Source: Candidatus Multivoradales bacterium
GTDB lineage: Bacteria > Acidobacteriota > Thermoanaerobaculia > Multivoradales > Multivoraceae
Assembly: GCA_965223325.1 (NCBI GenBank)
Contig: CBDCWI010000002.1
Location: 1,472,001-1,536,000, forward strand
Direction of reading: 5' to 3'
DNA: 64,000 nucleotides
The notes under the pieces: model-generated
Databases searched by the model: none
What the model was told of the DNA's origin: nothing
Seen by the model: only the letters and a program-made list of their open reading frames with translations
In this document: piece by piece, positions 11,181-19,978 of the stretch
Layout of the letters: the number at the start of each line of letters is the position of its first letter
Position numbering within the stretch: position 1 is the first letter of the stretch
Translations under genes and position numbers: made by a program

Positions 11181-12488
11181 TTGAACATCTTCGAATTCGT
11201 TCTCGAACGACGCGGATACCCCCTTGCTCGCGCCAGCAAGATGTTGCGCGACATCCAGGCGCTTCCGCGAGCCGAATTTCTGGCCTGGCAGCAGCGCACC
11301 GCCTGGGAAATCGTCGACTACCAGCGCGCCAACAACCCTTTCTTCCGCGCCCGCGTACCCAAGCGACCGCGCGAATGGCAGGACCTCCCGACGCTCGGCA
11401 AGTCGGACCTGCAGGAACCCATCGAGACGCTGCTCGCCGAACCCTTTCGCGAAGGCGGGCCCGAGCACGCTCACATCGACAACACCTCGGGCTCGTCGGG
11501 CCACCCATTCTGGTACGCCAAAGACCGTTTCTGCCATGCCATGTCATGGGCGCTGGTCAAAGAGCGCTATGGACGCTGGAACCTCGGCACGCGCTCTCGC
11601 CAGGCGCGCTTCTACGGCATTCCACGCGATCGCAGAGGGTCGCGACGCGAACGTGCCAAAGACCTCTTGATGAACCGGGTGCGGTTCCCGGTCTTTGATC
11701 TCTCTGATGCGACGCTGGCGAAGTTTCACCACCGATTCGCGCGCGACCGCTTCCAGTTCGTCTACGGTTACACCCACTCCCTGGTGCTCTTCGCCCGCTA
11801 CCTCGAACGCCAGGGACTCATCCTGCGCGACGCGTGTCCGAGCCTCGAGGTCTGCATGGTGACCAGTGAAGTGTGCCGCAACGAGGATCGCGAATTTCTG
11901 ACGCGGACCTTCGGCGTTCCGGTTGTCAATGAGTACGGTGCCTCCGAGTGCAGCATCATCGCCTTCGAGTATCCCGACGGCTCGTGGCGCCTGTCGGAAG
12001 AAACTCTGCTGGTCGAGACCACCGACGACGGTGAAGTTCTGATCACATCGCTTTTCAACCGCGCCTATCCACTGATTCGCTATCGCATCGGCGATATCGC
12101 ACAAATCGGCCCGCGCTCTGACGACCGGATCCATCGCTCGCTCGAAGCGCTCGAAGGCCGAACCAACGACGTGATCCATCTCCCCAGCGGCCGCACGGCC
12201 GCGGGCCTGACCTTCTACTACGTCCTGCGGGCGGTGCTCGAACAAACCGACGCCGTACGCGAGTTCCTGGTGCGCCAGACCGCGCTCGACCGTTTCGAGC
12301 TCGAGATCATCGCCCGTCGCGACATGCGCCCCGACGAAGTCGCCACGATCGAGAAGGAAGTCCTGCGCTACCTCGAGCCGGGCCTCACGGTCGAGATCCA
12401 GCGCGTCGATGAGATCGAGCGCCCACCCTCGGGCAAGATCAAGCAGTTCGTCTCCGACCTGCCCCGCGAAGCCTCGCCGATTGATTGA
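11181..12488 (+). CDS. phenylacetate-CoA ligase family / CapK-like adenylate-forming protein
   Basis: TSGSSG P-loop, NEYGASE, PLIRYRIGD and PSGK motifs; TTG start. Confidence 0.85.
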   Translation: MNIFEFVLERRGYPLARASKMLRDIQALPRAEFLAWQQRTAWEIVDYQRANNPFFRARVPKRPREWQDLPTLGKSDLQEPIETLLAEPFREGGPEHAHIDNTSGSSGHPFWYAKDRFCHAMSWALVKERYGRWNLGTRSRQARFYGIPRDRRGSRRERAKDLLMNRVRFPVFDLSDATLAKFHHRFARDRFQFVYGYTHSLVLFARYLERQGLILRDACPSLEVCMVTSEVCRNEDREFLTRTFGVPVVNEYGASECSIIAFEYPDGSWRLSEETLLVETTDDGEVLITSLFNRAYPLIRYRIGDIAQIGPRSDDRIHRSLEALEGRTNDVIHLPSGRTAAGLTFYYVLRAVLEQTDAVREFLVRQTALDRFELEIIARRDMRPDEVATIEKEVLRYLEPGLTVEIQRVDEIERPPSGKIKQFVSDLPREASPID

Positions 12489-12500
12489 CCTGAAGTCCGC

Positions 12501-12556
12501 GTCGAGTCTCCCCCGGTCGAGTCTCCCGTTTTGCGGTTCCGTGTTGCGGTTCCGTG
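12501..12556. repeat. two adjacent short duplications
   Basis: GTCGAGTCTCCC at 12501 and 12516; TTGCGGTTCCGTG at 12531 and 12544. Confidence 0.75.
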
Positions 12557-12579
12557 TCGAGGTTTGATTTGGCGTCGCG

Positions 12580-13386
12580 TCAGTCGACAGGCGACATGAC
12601 CGAGGCTGCCAGGGCCACTGGAAAGGCGAGGAGGGTCAGGTTGAAGAGACCATCGTAGCCAGCGGTAACGGGTCCCAGCGCTGACGCGACAGCATGTGGC
12701 AGGAAACCGGCGAGCAGTGCCAAGGCAACAGCCCGCAGGTGGAACGGATCGCGGAAACTGCCGCCCTCGTCGTGCTGCACTCTAATCGCCACCTTGATCG
12801 CCCGGTAGAGCCAGATGATCCCAGCCACCACTCCAAAGACCTCGGCAACAAGAAAGAGAGCCATGAGGACTTTCTCGGGAACCGCAGCGCCCGGTCCTCC
12901 GAACGATTCACCGGGAGTAAACATGAAGGGGAGGGCGATCGAGGCGACCAGCCCAACCAGGAATGGCAGGTAAAGGACCACTAGCCCCAAGCGTCCCAGA
13001 AGGCGGTCTCCGAGCGGAGTGGGATGGGCGAGGGCGAGATGCAGGAACAAAACCTGCGCTGCGACCGTACTCAGGACCACATAGAGCCCCAGCAGCCCGG
13101 CATCCCAGCGTGGGGAGCCAAAGCCAAGCGGACCGCCCCAGTGCAAGGCGGTCGCCAGAGCCCAGGCAACATAGAGCCATACGACCCGCTTCGAACGAAA
13201 GCCATCGCCCCAATTCCTAACCATTACCCAGAGACCACAGGACAGGTACCAGAGGCCCAGGACGGCCAACACATTTCGAACCGCCGGCGGGTCCGTGGAC
13301 ATCGCATGCGGCCATCGGATCGCCAGTAGCCGCCAAACGAGCACACCCAGAGCCCCCACCATGAGCCAACGTCTCGCCATCGTCAT
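12580..13386 (-). CDS. hypothetical polytopic membrane protein (~7-8 TM)
   Basis: AAAGGAG RBS before MTMARRW; many hydrophobic helices; no family recognised. Confidence 0.75.
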   Translation of the reverse strand: MTMARRWLMVGALGVLVWRLLAIRWPHAMSTDPPAVRNVLAVLGLWYLSCGLWVMVRNWGDGFRSKRVVWLYVAWALATALHWGGPLGFGSPRWDAGLLGLYVVLSTVAAQVLFLHLALAHPTPLGDRLLGRLGLVVLYLPFLVGLVASIALPFMFTPGESFGGPGAAVPEKVLMALFLVAEVFGVVAGIIWLYRAIKVAIRVQHDEGGSFRDPFHLRAVALALLAGFLPHAVASALGPVTAGYDGLFNLTLLAFPVALAASVMSPVD

Positions 13387-13452
13387 TGTGTGTCTCCTTT
13401 CATCTGCAGTGTCTGAGGGTGACCCTCGGCTACAGTCCGTACGTCGCTTTGG

Positions 13453-13482
13453 CTGATGCGTTTCTGACGTTTCTCTGATGCG
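13453..13482. promoter_or_regulatory. three direct repeats at 11-bp spacing, probable wHTH operator
   Basis: CTGATGCGTTT / CTGACGTTTCT / CTGATGCG with CTGA at 13453, 13464 and 13475, lying between the divergent genes. Confidence 0.6.
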
Positions 13483-13509
13483 ACGGTTGAAGAGCCAAAG
13501 GAGAACCTG

Positions 13510-13980
13510 ATGAGGTCCCGAGAAGACGAACTGCTCTTTGGCGACTTCCGATTCATGTCGGAAACCGCCGAGCTCTGGCGCGGAGACCAGATCGTTGCGT
13601 TGCGCCCGCAGGCGACGATCGTGCTCCGCGCCCTGCTCGAGAACCGCACCCGCCTTACCACCCGTGAACAACTGCGACGCGAGCTCTGGGGGGAGACGGC
13701 CGTCGACTGGGAGAGCGGGCTCCATCAGGTCGTGCGGCAGCTACGACGTGCACTCGGCGACGACTCACGTCACCCCGTGTTTATCGAAACAGTCAGCGGT
13801 CGCGGCTACCGCTTCATCGCTCCGATCGTCAGCCCGTCTCCAGCTCCAACGGTGGCTGCCATCCCTCTGCCGGCGCCACAACCCTCCCGATCACCGTGGC
13901 GAGACGCGGCGCTATGGCTGGCCGGTATGCTGACTTTGCCGACTGCAGTTCTGCTCCTTTGCGCCTTCATGGCGCTCTAG
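13510..13980 (+). CDS. ToxR/CadC-like winged-helix transcriptional regulator with C-terminal TM anchor
   Basis: OmpR-type DNA-binding domain (FGDFRF...LRRALGDD...FIETVSGRGYRF), Pro-rich linker, one terminal TM; AAAGGAG RBS. Confidence 0.88.
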   Translation: MRSREDELLFGDFRFMSETAELWRGDQIVALRPQATIVLRALLENRTRLTTREQLRRELWGETAVDWESGLHQVVRQLRRALGDDSRHPVFIETVSGRGYRFIAPIVSPSPAPTVAAIPLPAPQPSRSPWRDAALWLAGMLTLPTAVLLLCAFMAL

Positions 13981-14031
13981 ATCTCGCCCCTGGAGAACCG
14001 TAGCTCCCCGTGCAACCGATATAGTTCGCGA

Positions 14032-14724
14032 ATGGCTAAGAATCGATTCATCTTACCGATCCTCGTGTCCATCGCCTGTTTCGCCACCTTCGCGGAGGCG
14101 CAAACTTCCGTCGGCGGGCGTGCCGGCACGACCGGCCTCGGGCTCGAGGTCGGCTTCGGTTGGAGCGAACAAGTCGACGCGCGCCTTGTTGCCTCGGGCT
14201 TCGACTACGACGACGACTTCTCCTCCAGCAGGGTGCGCTACGACGGTGAGGCGGAACTGCGCTTTCTATCGGCGCTCATCGACTGGCATCCAGGAGGCAG
14301 CGGCTTTCGATTCTCCGCCGGCCTGGTGTGGAACGACTCGACGATCCGCGGATCGGCTCGGGTGCGTGACATCATCGAGGACCAGGCGCCCGAGATCCTC
14401 GACCTGGGATTCACCATCCCGGGCGACCTGGGGACCGTAAACGCTGAAGCTCGCGGCGACGACCTGGCGCCCTACGTGGGCATCGGATGGGGAAAGGTCG
14501 CCGGACGCACAGGTCTCGGCTTCTCCTTCGACCTGGGAGCCTTCGTCTTTGGGGACCCCGAGGTTGACCTTACTCTCGACACACCGCTTCCCGTCGATGC
14601 GATCCCCAACGGCCGAGCGCTGATCGACGAAGCCCTGGCCAGCGAACGTGCCGAGCTCGAAGAAGAGCTCGAGGACTACGACGTCTACCCGGTGGTTTCG
14701 TTCGGCGTTTTCTACCGCTTCTAA
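14032..14724 (+). CDS. outer-membrane beta-barrel protein
   Basis: Signal peptide; GTTGLGLE, APYVGIGWG, alternating strands; C-terminal YRF (BamA-type signal). Confidence 0.8.
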   Translation: MAKNRFILPILVSIACFATFAEAQTSVGGRAGTTGLGLEVGFGWSEQVDARLVASGFDYDDDFSSSRVRYDGEAELRFLSALIDWHPGGSGFRFSAGLVWNDSTIRGSARVRDIIEDQAPEILDLGFTIPGDLGTVNAEARGDDLAPYVGIGWGKVAGRTGLGFSFDLGAFVFGDPEVDLTLDTPLPVDAIPNGRALIDEALASERAELEEELEDYDVYPVVSFGVFYRF

Positions 14725-14727
14725 CCG

Positions 14728-15609
14728 ATGCCCCCGCGCACCTACTCCCTCGCGTCCCTTCTGCCGTGGCTTCTGATCCTTTTTGCAATCGCCTTCTTCA
14801 CCACGCCGACGGCGCGCAACTGGCTAATGAGCGAGGAAGCGAGAGAGGAGCAACGCAAGGCTCACGAGCGCGAAGAACGCCTGAAGAACAGGCCGCGGGC
14901 GAGCGCCGCCGAGCTCGACCGGCGCTACGAGAAACGTCAAGAGAGATATCGCCAGAACCGCGCCGCCCGCGAAGCGGAAGAACGGGCGCGCAACGCGGCA
15001 CTCGAAGACGGACTCGTCGAAGCGGTCGACCCGGTGCTACCCGCCGAAGCCCCGCCCGAGCGCGACGTCGTCACCAGCGCAACCGCCGAGGTCGACCCCA
15101 CAACGGTCGCCGCCGAACGCCAGCTGTTGCGCCGCGCGATCACACCGATCTTTCGCGACCAGATGCCGCGTGACCTCTTGCAGGTCATGATCTTCTACGA
15201 CGGCGACAAGTCAGACACCAGAGTCGAAATCGAACTCGATGAAGGCGCACCGTTCCTGGTCAACGACATCGAACCGTTCAGAGAGACCATCAACGTGCGC
15301 GAGTTCGATCTTCGGGGCAGCGAGCCCACCGGCAGAATCACGATCCGCGGCATCAAGCCCAACGGGGTCGTCGACGGGGTTGCGGTGGGGCTCTTGTGGC
15401 TCGCGAGCGACGGCGAATACCACAAGCTGCAAACCCATCGGGAGAAACCGTCAAAACGGCCGCTCTGGGTCTGCGGTTGGCCCTTGGGTCTGGACCCGGC
15501 GAAATACAGAACGAAACTCAGCGAGCGCCCGGGCGATCCCTGGGACAACGTCGAGATCGCCCTCTGCGGCGCCGAGCTGGTCAAGGATGGGACCCACCAG
15601 CTCCAGTAG
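14728..15609 (+). CDS. hypothetical membrane-anchored protein with coiled coil
   Basis: N-terminal TM, E/R-rich helix, globular C-terminus; starts 3 bp after the barrel gene. Confidence 0.65.
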   Translation: MPPRTYSLASLLPWLLILFAIAFFTTPTARNWLMSEEAREEQRKAHEREERLKNRPRASAAELDRRYEKRQERYRQNRAAREAEERARNAALEDGLVEAVDPVLPAEAPPERDVVTSATAEVDPTTVAAERQLLRRAITPIFRDQMPRDLLQVMIFYDGDKSDTRVEIELDEGAPFLVNDIEPFRETINVREFDLRGSEPTGRITIRGIKPNGVVDGVAVGLLWLASDGEYHKLQTHREKPSKRPLWVCGWPLGLDPAKYRTKLSERPGDPWDNVEIALCGAELVKDGTHQLQ

Positions 15610-15667
15610 TCGAACCGTGCGGTAGGGTCTCCATCTTGCCCCCCTCAACCGCCCACCGGAGCACAGC

Positions 15668-17845
15668 ATGAGACGGCTTGGCACGATCCCATTCATCGTC
15701 GGCGCGTTGCTTTTGACCGCCGGGGCGGGCGCCCAGGAGCCGACGCTCGATCGTCTCCTCGGCTCACCCTTCCCGAGCGACATGGAGGCCTCGAGCGACG
15801 GTCAGCGTGTCGCCTGGGTCTTCAACCACCGAGGCGTTCGCAACATCTGGCTCGCCGAGGCCCCGGACTGGCGCGGCCGTGCGCTGACCGACTGGCAGGA
15901 CGACGACGGCCAGGAGATCGCGCAGCTGAGGTTCTCGCCTGACGGAACCTCGCTGGCTTTCGTCCGCGGCGGACCGCCGAACCGTGCGGGAGAACACCCC
16001 TCGCCGCGCTCGAGCGCCGCCGCAGCGGAACGCAAGATCTGGCTGCTGGGGCTCAATGGCGACGAGCCTGCAAAGGCACTCACCCTGGGCACCGGCCCTG
16101 TCTGGCATCCAAGAGATGGCTCCCTCTTGTTTCTTCGCCAGGGAAAGGTCTGGAAGGTCACCGCCGCAGGAGAGGGGCCACGCGATCAGGCAGCCGATCC
16201 CGAGGCCGAAGCCGATCAACTCCTCGCGGTACGCGGGTCGCTTGCAGACCTCAGCGTTTCCCCCAACGGAGAGGCGCTCGCCTTCACCAGTCAGCGCGGC
16301 ACACACGCGTTCGTCGGTGTGTTCGATTTCGCAACCGGGAACGTACGCTGGATCGACCCCGGGGTCGATCGTGACAGTTCCCCTATCTGGTCGCCAGACA
16401 GCCGTTCCATCGTCTTCCTGCGCCTTCCGGCACGGGAGCGGCAGGAGATCTTCGCCCCCCGTCGTGAAGGGCAACCGTGGTCGATCAGGCGCGTCGATCT
16501 CGGCGACACCCCACGCACCGACCGGGCCATTGAGCTCTTTCGGGCAACGCCCGGACCGGGCAGCGTCTTCGCCGGGCTCGAAGCCGACCAGCAGATCTTC
16601 TGGGTTGGCGACAGGGTCGTCTTCCCGTGGGAGAAGACGGGCTGGCGGCACCTGTACTCGATCCCCCTGACCGGCGGCGAACCTCGCCAACTCACCGCCG
16701 GCGACGGCGAGGTCGAATACGTCGCCCAGGGTGTTGATGGTCGCCTGGTTTTCTCTTCGAACATCGGCGACATGGAGCGCCGTCACCTGTCGGTTCTGCG
16801 CGTCAACCCCGAGGGGCGCCTGGCGGCGACGACGCTCACCGAAGGGCGCGGCGTCGAGAACGTGCCCGTTCCGCTCGCCGGTGAGGCGGTCGCCTTTGTT
16901 GGCGCCACCGGCCGCCGACCGATGCAGCCACGGATCGTCACCGAGCGCGGCATCGTTCGCGACCTCGCACCTGAAGCTCTTTCGGTCGACTTTCCGCTCG
17001 ATCGCCTGGTCGAGCCCGAAGCGGTGCAGTGGAAGGCCACCGACGGCGCGGTCGTCCATGGGCAGCTCTTCCTGCCCGCGACCGACGCGGGCGACCTGAA
17101 ACGACCGGCGGTGGTCTTCTTCCACGGCGGGTCGAGGCGCCACATGATGCTGGGTTGGCACTACAGCTCCTACTACCACCGCTGCTACGCCTTTCACCAG
17201 TACCTCGCCTCGCGCGGCTACGTCGTGCTGTCGGTCAACTATCGGAGTGGCACAGGGTATGGGCGCGACTTTCGCGAGGCCCCCGACTATGGCGCCACCG
17301 GCGGAGCAGAAGTTCGCGACGCCATCGGGGCCGGCCTGTGGCTCGCAGGCCGCAGCGACGTCGACCCGGGCCGCATTGGGCTCTGGGGAGGCTCGTACGG
17401 CGGTTACATGACCGCGATGGCCCTAACCCGAGCGCCCACCTTGTTTGCCGCTGGGGTCGACATTCACGGCGTGCACGACTGGAACACGACGATCAAGAAC
17501 TTCATTCCTTCCTATGAACCGCTGCGCGATCCGGAACGGGCGCGCATTGCCTTCGAGGCCTCGCCGCTGGCCGAAGTCGAACGCTGGAAGGCGCCGGTTC
17601 TACTCATTCATGGCGACGACGACCGCAACGTGCCGTTCGCCGAGACTGTGCGACTGGTCGAGAAGCTGCGCGAAGTGGGGGTCGAGCACGAACTGCTGGT
17701 CTTCCCGGACGAGGTGCATGGCTTTCTGCTGCACGAGAGTTGGATGCGCCTGTTCGACGCTGCAAGTGGCTTCTTCAATCGTCACCTGGGGCAAGACGCC
17801 GCAGCCAGTCAGGACCGTGAAAAGGAGACGGCGGCGGTCCACTGA
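15668..17845 (+). CDS. S9 family prolyl oligopeptidase / dipeptidyl peptidase
   Basis: Signal peptide, PD40 propeller repeats; catalytic triad motifs GGSYGG, HGDDDRNV and DEVHGF. Confidence 0.92.
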   Translation: MRRLGTIPFIVGALLLTAGAGAQEPTLDRLLGSPFPSDMEASSDGQRVAWVFNHRGVRNIWLAEAPDWRGRALTDWQDDDGQEIAQLRFSPDGTSLAFVRGGPPNRAGEHPSPRSSAAAAERKIWLLGLNGDEPAKALTLGTGPVWHPRDGSLLFLRQGKVWKVTAAGEGPRDQAADPEAEADQLLAVRGSLADLSVSPNGEALAFTSQRGTHAFVGVFDFATGNVRWIDPGVDRDSSPIWSPDSRSIVFLRLPARERQEIFAPRREGQPWSIRRVDLGDTPRTDRAIELFRATPGPGSVFAGLEADQQIFWVGDRVVFPWEKTGWRHLYSIPLTGGEPRQLTAGDGEVEYVAQGVDGRLVFSSNIGDMERRHLSVLRVNPEGRLAATTLTEGRGVENVPVPLAGEAVAFVGATGRRPMQPRIVTERGIVRDLAPEALSVDFPLDRLVEPEAVQWKATDGAVVHGQLFLPATDAGDLKRPAVVFFHGGSRRHMMLGWHYSSYYHRCYAFHQYLASRGYVVLSVNYRSGTGYGRDFREAPDYGATGGAEVRDAIGAGLWLAGRSDVDPGRIGLWGGSYGGYMTAMALTRAPTLFAAGVDIHGVHDWNTTIKNFIPSYEPLRDPERARIAFEASPLAEVERWKAPVLLIHGDDDRNVPFAETVRLVEKLREVGVEHELLVFPDEVHGFLLHESWMRLFDAASGFFNRHLGQDAAASQDREKETAAVH

Positions 17846-17891
17846 CCGCGTGCCCTGCCAGGCACATCAGCGCCTCGGCCTTCTTCTTGCC

Positions 17892-19760
17892 ATGAGTCTC
17901 ATCCGCGCCAAGGACCTGTCGCTCTCCTATGGCGGGCCGGTACTCCTGGTTTCGATCGACCTGCGCCTCGACGCCGGCGAGCGCGTTGCGTTGGTCGGCC
18001 GCAATGGAACCGGCAAGTCGAGCCTGCTCAAGGTACTGGCCGGCGACCTGCGCCCTGACAGCGGCACCGTCGATCGCCAAAGGGGGCTCAAGATGACGCG
18101 CCTCAAACAAGAGGTACCCAACGACCTCAGTGGCCCTGTCTTCGACATCGTCGCCAGCGGCGAGCCCGAGTTGGGCGGCCTGGTCGCGGAGTATCACCGC
18201 CTGAGCCTGGACCTCGACGAAAGCACCATGGCACGTTTCGAGACGGTCCAGGGCAAGATCGAGGCGGCACAGGGTTGGGCCTTGCACAACCGCGTCGAAA
18301 CCGCGTTGACCCGCCTGCAGCTGGAGGAGGTCGGACCCTTCGAGACCCTCTCGGGAGGCTTGAAGCGACGAGTCCTGATGGCGCAGGCACTGGTCGCCGA
18401 GCCCGACCTTTTGATGCTTGATGAACCCACCAACCACCTCGACATCGAGGCCATCGAATGGCTCGAAGAGCTGCTCGTGACCCTGCGCTCGGCGCTTCTC
18501 TTCGTCACCCACGACCGCACCTTCCTAACTCGCATCGCAACCCGCATCATCGAGCTGGACCGGGGCCAGCTGCGCAGCTACCCCGGCAACTACCATCGCT
18601 ACCTCAAACGCCGCGAGGCCGAACTCGAGGTCCTGGAGCGCCACGCCAAACTCGAAGACAAGAAGCTGGCGCAGGAAGAAGCCTGGATCCGCCAGGGCAT
18701 CAAGGCGCGCCGCACGCGCAACGAAGGACGCGTCCGTGCCTTGGAACGTCTGCGCGAAGAAGTCCGGATGCGGCCGCAGCGCATGGGCTCCGCCGAGCTG
18801 CGGTTCGACACAAGAGAACGCAGCGGCAAGATGGTCGTCGAGGCGCATGGCCTGACCTTCGGGCACGACGAGCGCGAGGCGATCGTTCGCGACCTCGACT
18901 TGCGTGTTCTTCGCGGCGACAAGATCGGCCTCTTGGGTCCCAACGGTTCGGGGAAAACAACTCTCATCAAACTACTCCTCGGCGAGCTCGAACCGCAAGC
19001 CGGCAGCGTTCGCTTCGGCAGTCGCCTGGACGTCGCCTACTTCGACCAGCTGCGCGAGCAACTCGACCCACGAAAGACCCTCGCTCTGAGCATCGAGACC
19101 AGCGATGACTACGTCGACATCGGCGGCGGCCGCAAACACATCATCGGCTACCTCGGCGGCTTCCTGTTCAGCCCCGAACAGATCCGCGGCCAGGTCGGTT
19201 CGCTTTCGGGCGGCGAACGCAACCGCCTCCTGTTGGCACGTCTGTTCAGTCGCAGCTTCAACGTGCTGGTGATGGATGAACCAACCAACGACCTCGATAT
19301 CGAAACCCTCGAGCTCCTCGAGGCACGCCTGGTCGACTTCAAGGGCACCCTCCTCCTGGTCAGCCATGACCGCGCCTTCCTCGACAACGTAGTCACCAGC
19401 ACCCTGGTCATGGAGGGCGACGGCCGCGTCGGCAGCTACGCCGGCGGCTATAGCGACTGGCTCATCCAGCGACCAGAACCCGCACCGCCACCCGAGCACA
19501 AACCTCCGAAGACAACCAGAAAACAGAAGTCCCCCGCAAAGAAGAGACTCTCCTACAAGGACAAGCGCGACCTCGAGCAACTCCCCGACCAGATCGAAGC
19601 CCTCGAAGAGCAGCAGGCGGACCTACTGGCCAAGATCGGTGACCCCGAGTTCTACAAAACCAACGACAGCGAGAAGATCAAAGAAGCGCAAGACGCAATC
19701 GCCAAGGTAGAAAAGGACCTGGAAGCCACCTACGAGCGCTGGGCCGAACTGGCGGACTGA
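17892..19760 (+). CDS. uup: ABC-F family ATPase Uup
   Basis: Two NBDs (GRNGTGKS, GPNGSGKT); linker EEAWIRQGIKARRTRNEGRVRAL; C-terminal coiled coil ending RWAEL. Confidence 0.9.
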   Translation: MSLIRAKDLSLSYGGPVLLVSIDLRLDAGERVALVGRNGTGKSSLLKVLAGDLRPDSGTVDRQRGLKMTRLKQEVPNDLSGPVFDIVASGEPELGGLVAEYHRLSLDLDESTMARFETVQGKIEAAQGWALHNRVETALTRLQLEEVGPFETLSGGLKRRVLMAQALVAEPDLLMLDEPTNHLDIEAIEWLEELLVTLRSALLFVTHDRTFLTRIATRIIELDRGQLRSYPGNYHRYLKRREAELEVLERHAKLEDKKLAQEEAWIRQGIKARRTRNEGRVRALERLREEVRMRPQRMGSAELRFDTRERSGKMVVEAHGLTFGHDEREAIVRDLDLRVLRGDKIGLLGPNGSGKTTLIKLLLGELEPQAGSVRFGSRLDVAYFDQLREQLDPRKTLALSIETSDDYVDIGGGRKHIIGYLGGFLFSPEQIRGQVGSLSGGERNRLLLARLFSRSFNVLVMDEPTNDLDIETLELLEARLVDFKGTLLLVSHDRAFLDNVVTSTLVMEGDGRVGSYAGGYSDWLIQRPEPAPPPEHKPPKTTRKQKSPAKKRLSYKDKRDLEQLPDQIEALEEQQADLLAKIGDPEFYKTNDSEKIKEAQDAIAKVEKDLEATYERWAELAD

Positions 19761-19791
19761 GGGACCACGCATTCCCCCTCTCTAATGATCA

Positions 19792-19978
19792 GTAGGAGGG
19801 GCCGGTGGTAATTGCGACGTTGGACTTGCCACAGCACTCGGGGGCCGAAACCCCTGCTTCTCACCCCGCCCACCACCTCGACTGGAATGCGCGCGACAGA
19901 TCACCGCAGGCCAAAACCACCCAGAACCCTAGCCTCGAAACGCGGTACGAACCGCGAAATCACCACGGCCCCTCCTAC
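19792..19978. mobile_element. putative MITE/REPIN-like non-coding element
   Basis: Perfect 13-bp terminal inverted repeats GTAGGAGGGGCCG / CGGCCCCTCCTAC, extending imperfectly to ~25 bp; TA at both ends. Confidence 0.55.

Noticed and set aside
12489-12579. Short repeats considered as a CRISPR remnant
   Set aside because: Units are only 12-13 bp with two copies each, no spacers and no cas genes.
17445-17891. N-terminal extension of uup overlapping the S9 gene
   Set aside because: Out-of-frame overlap; Uup homology starts at MSLI (17892).
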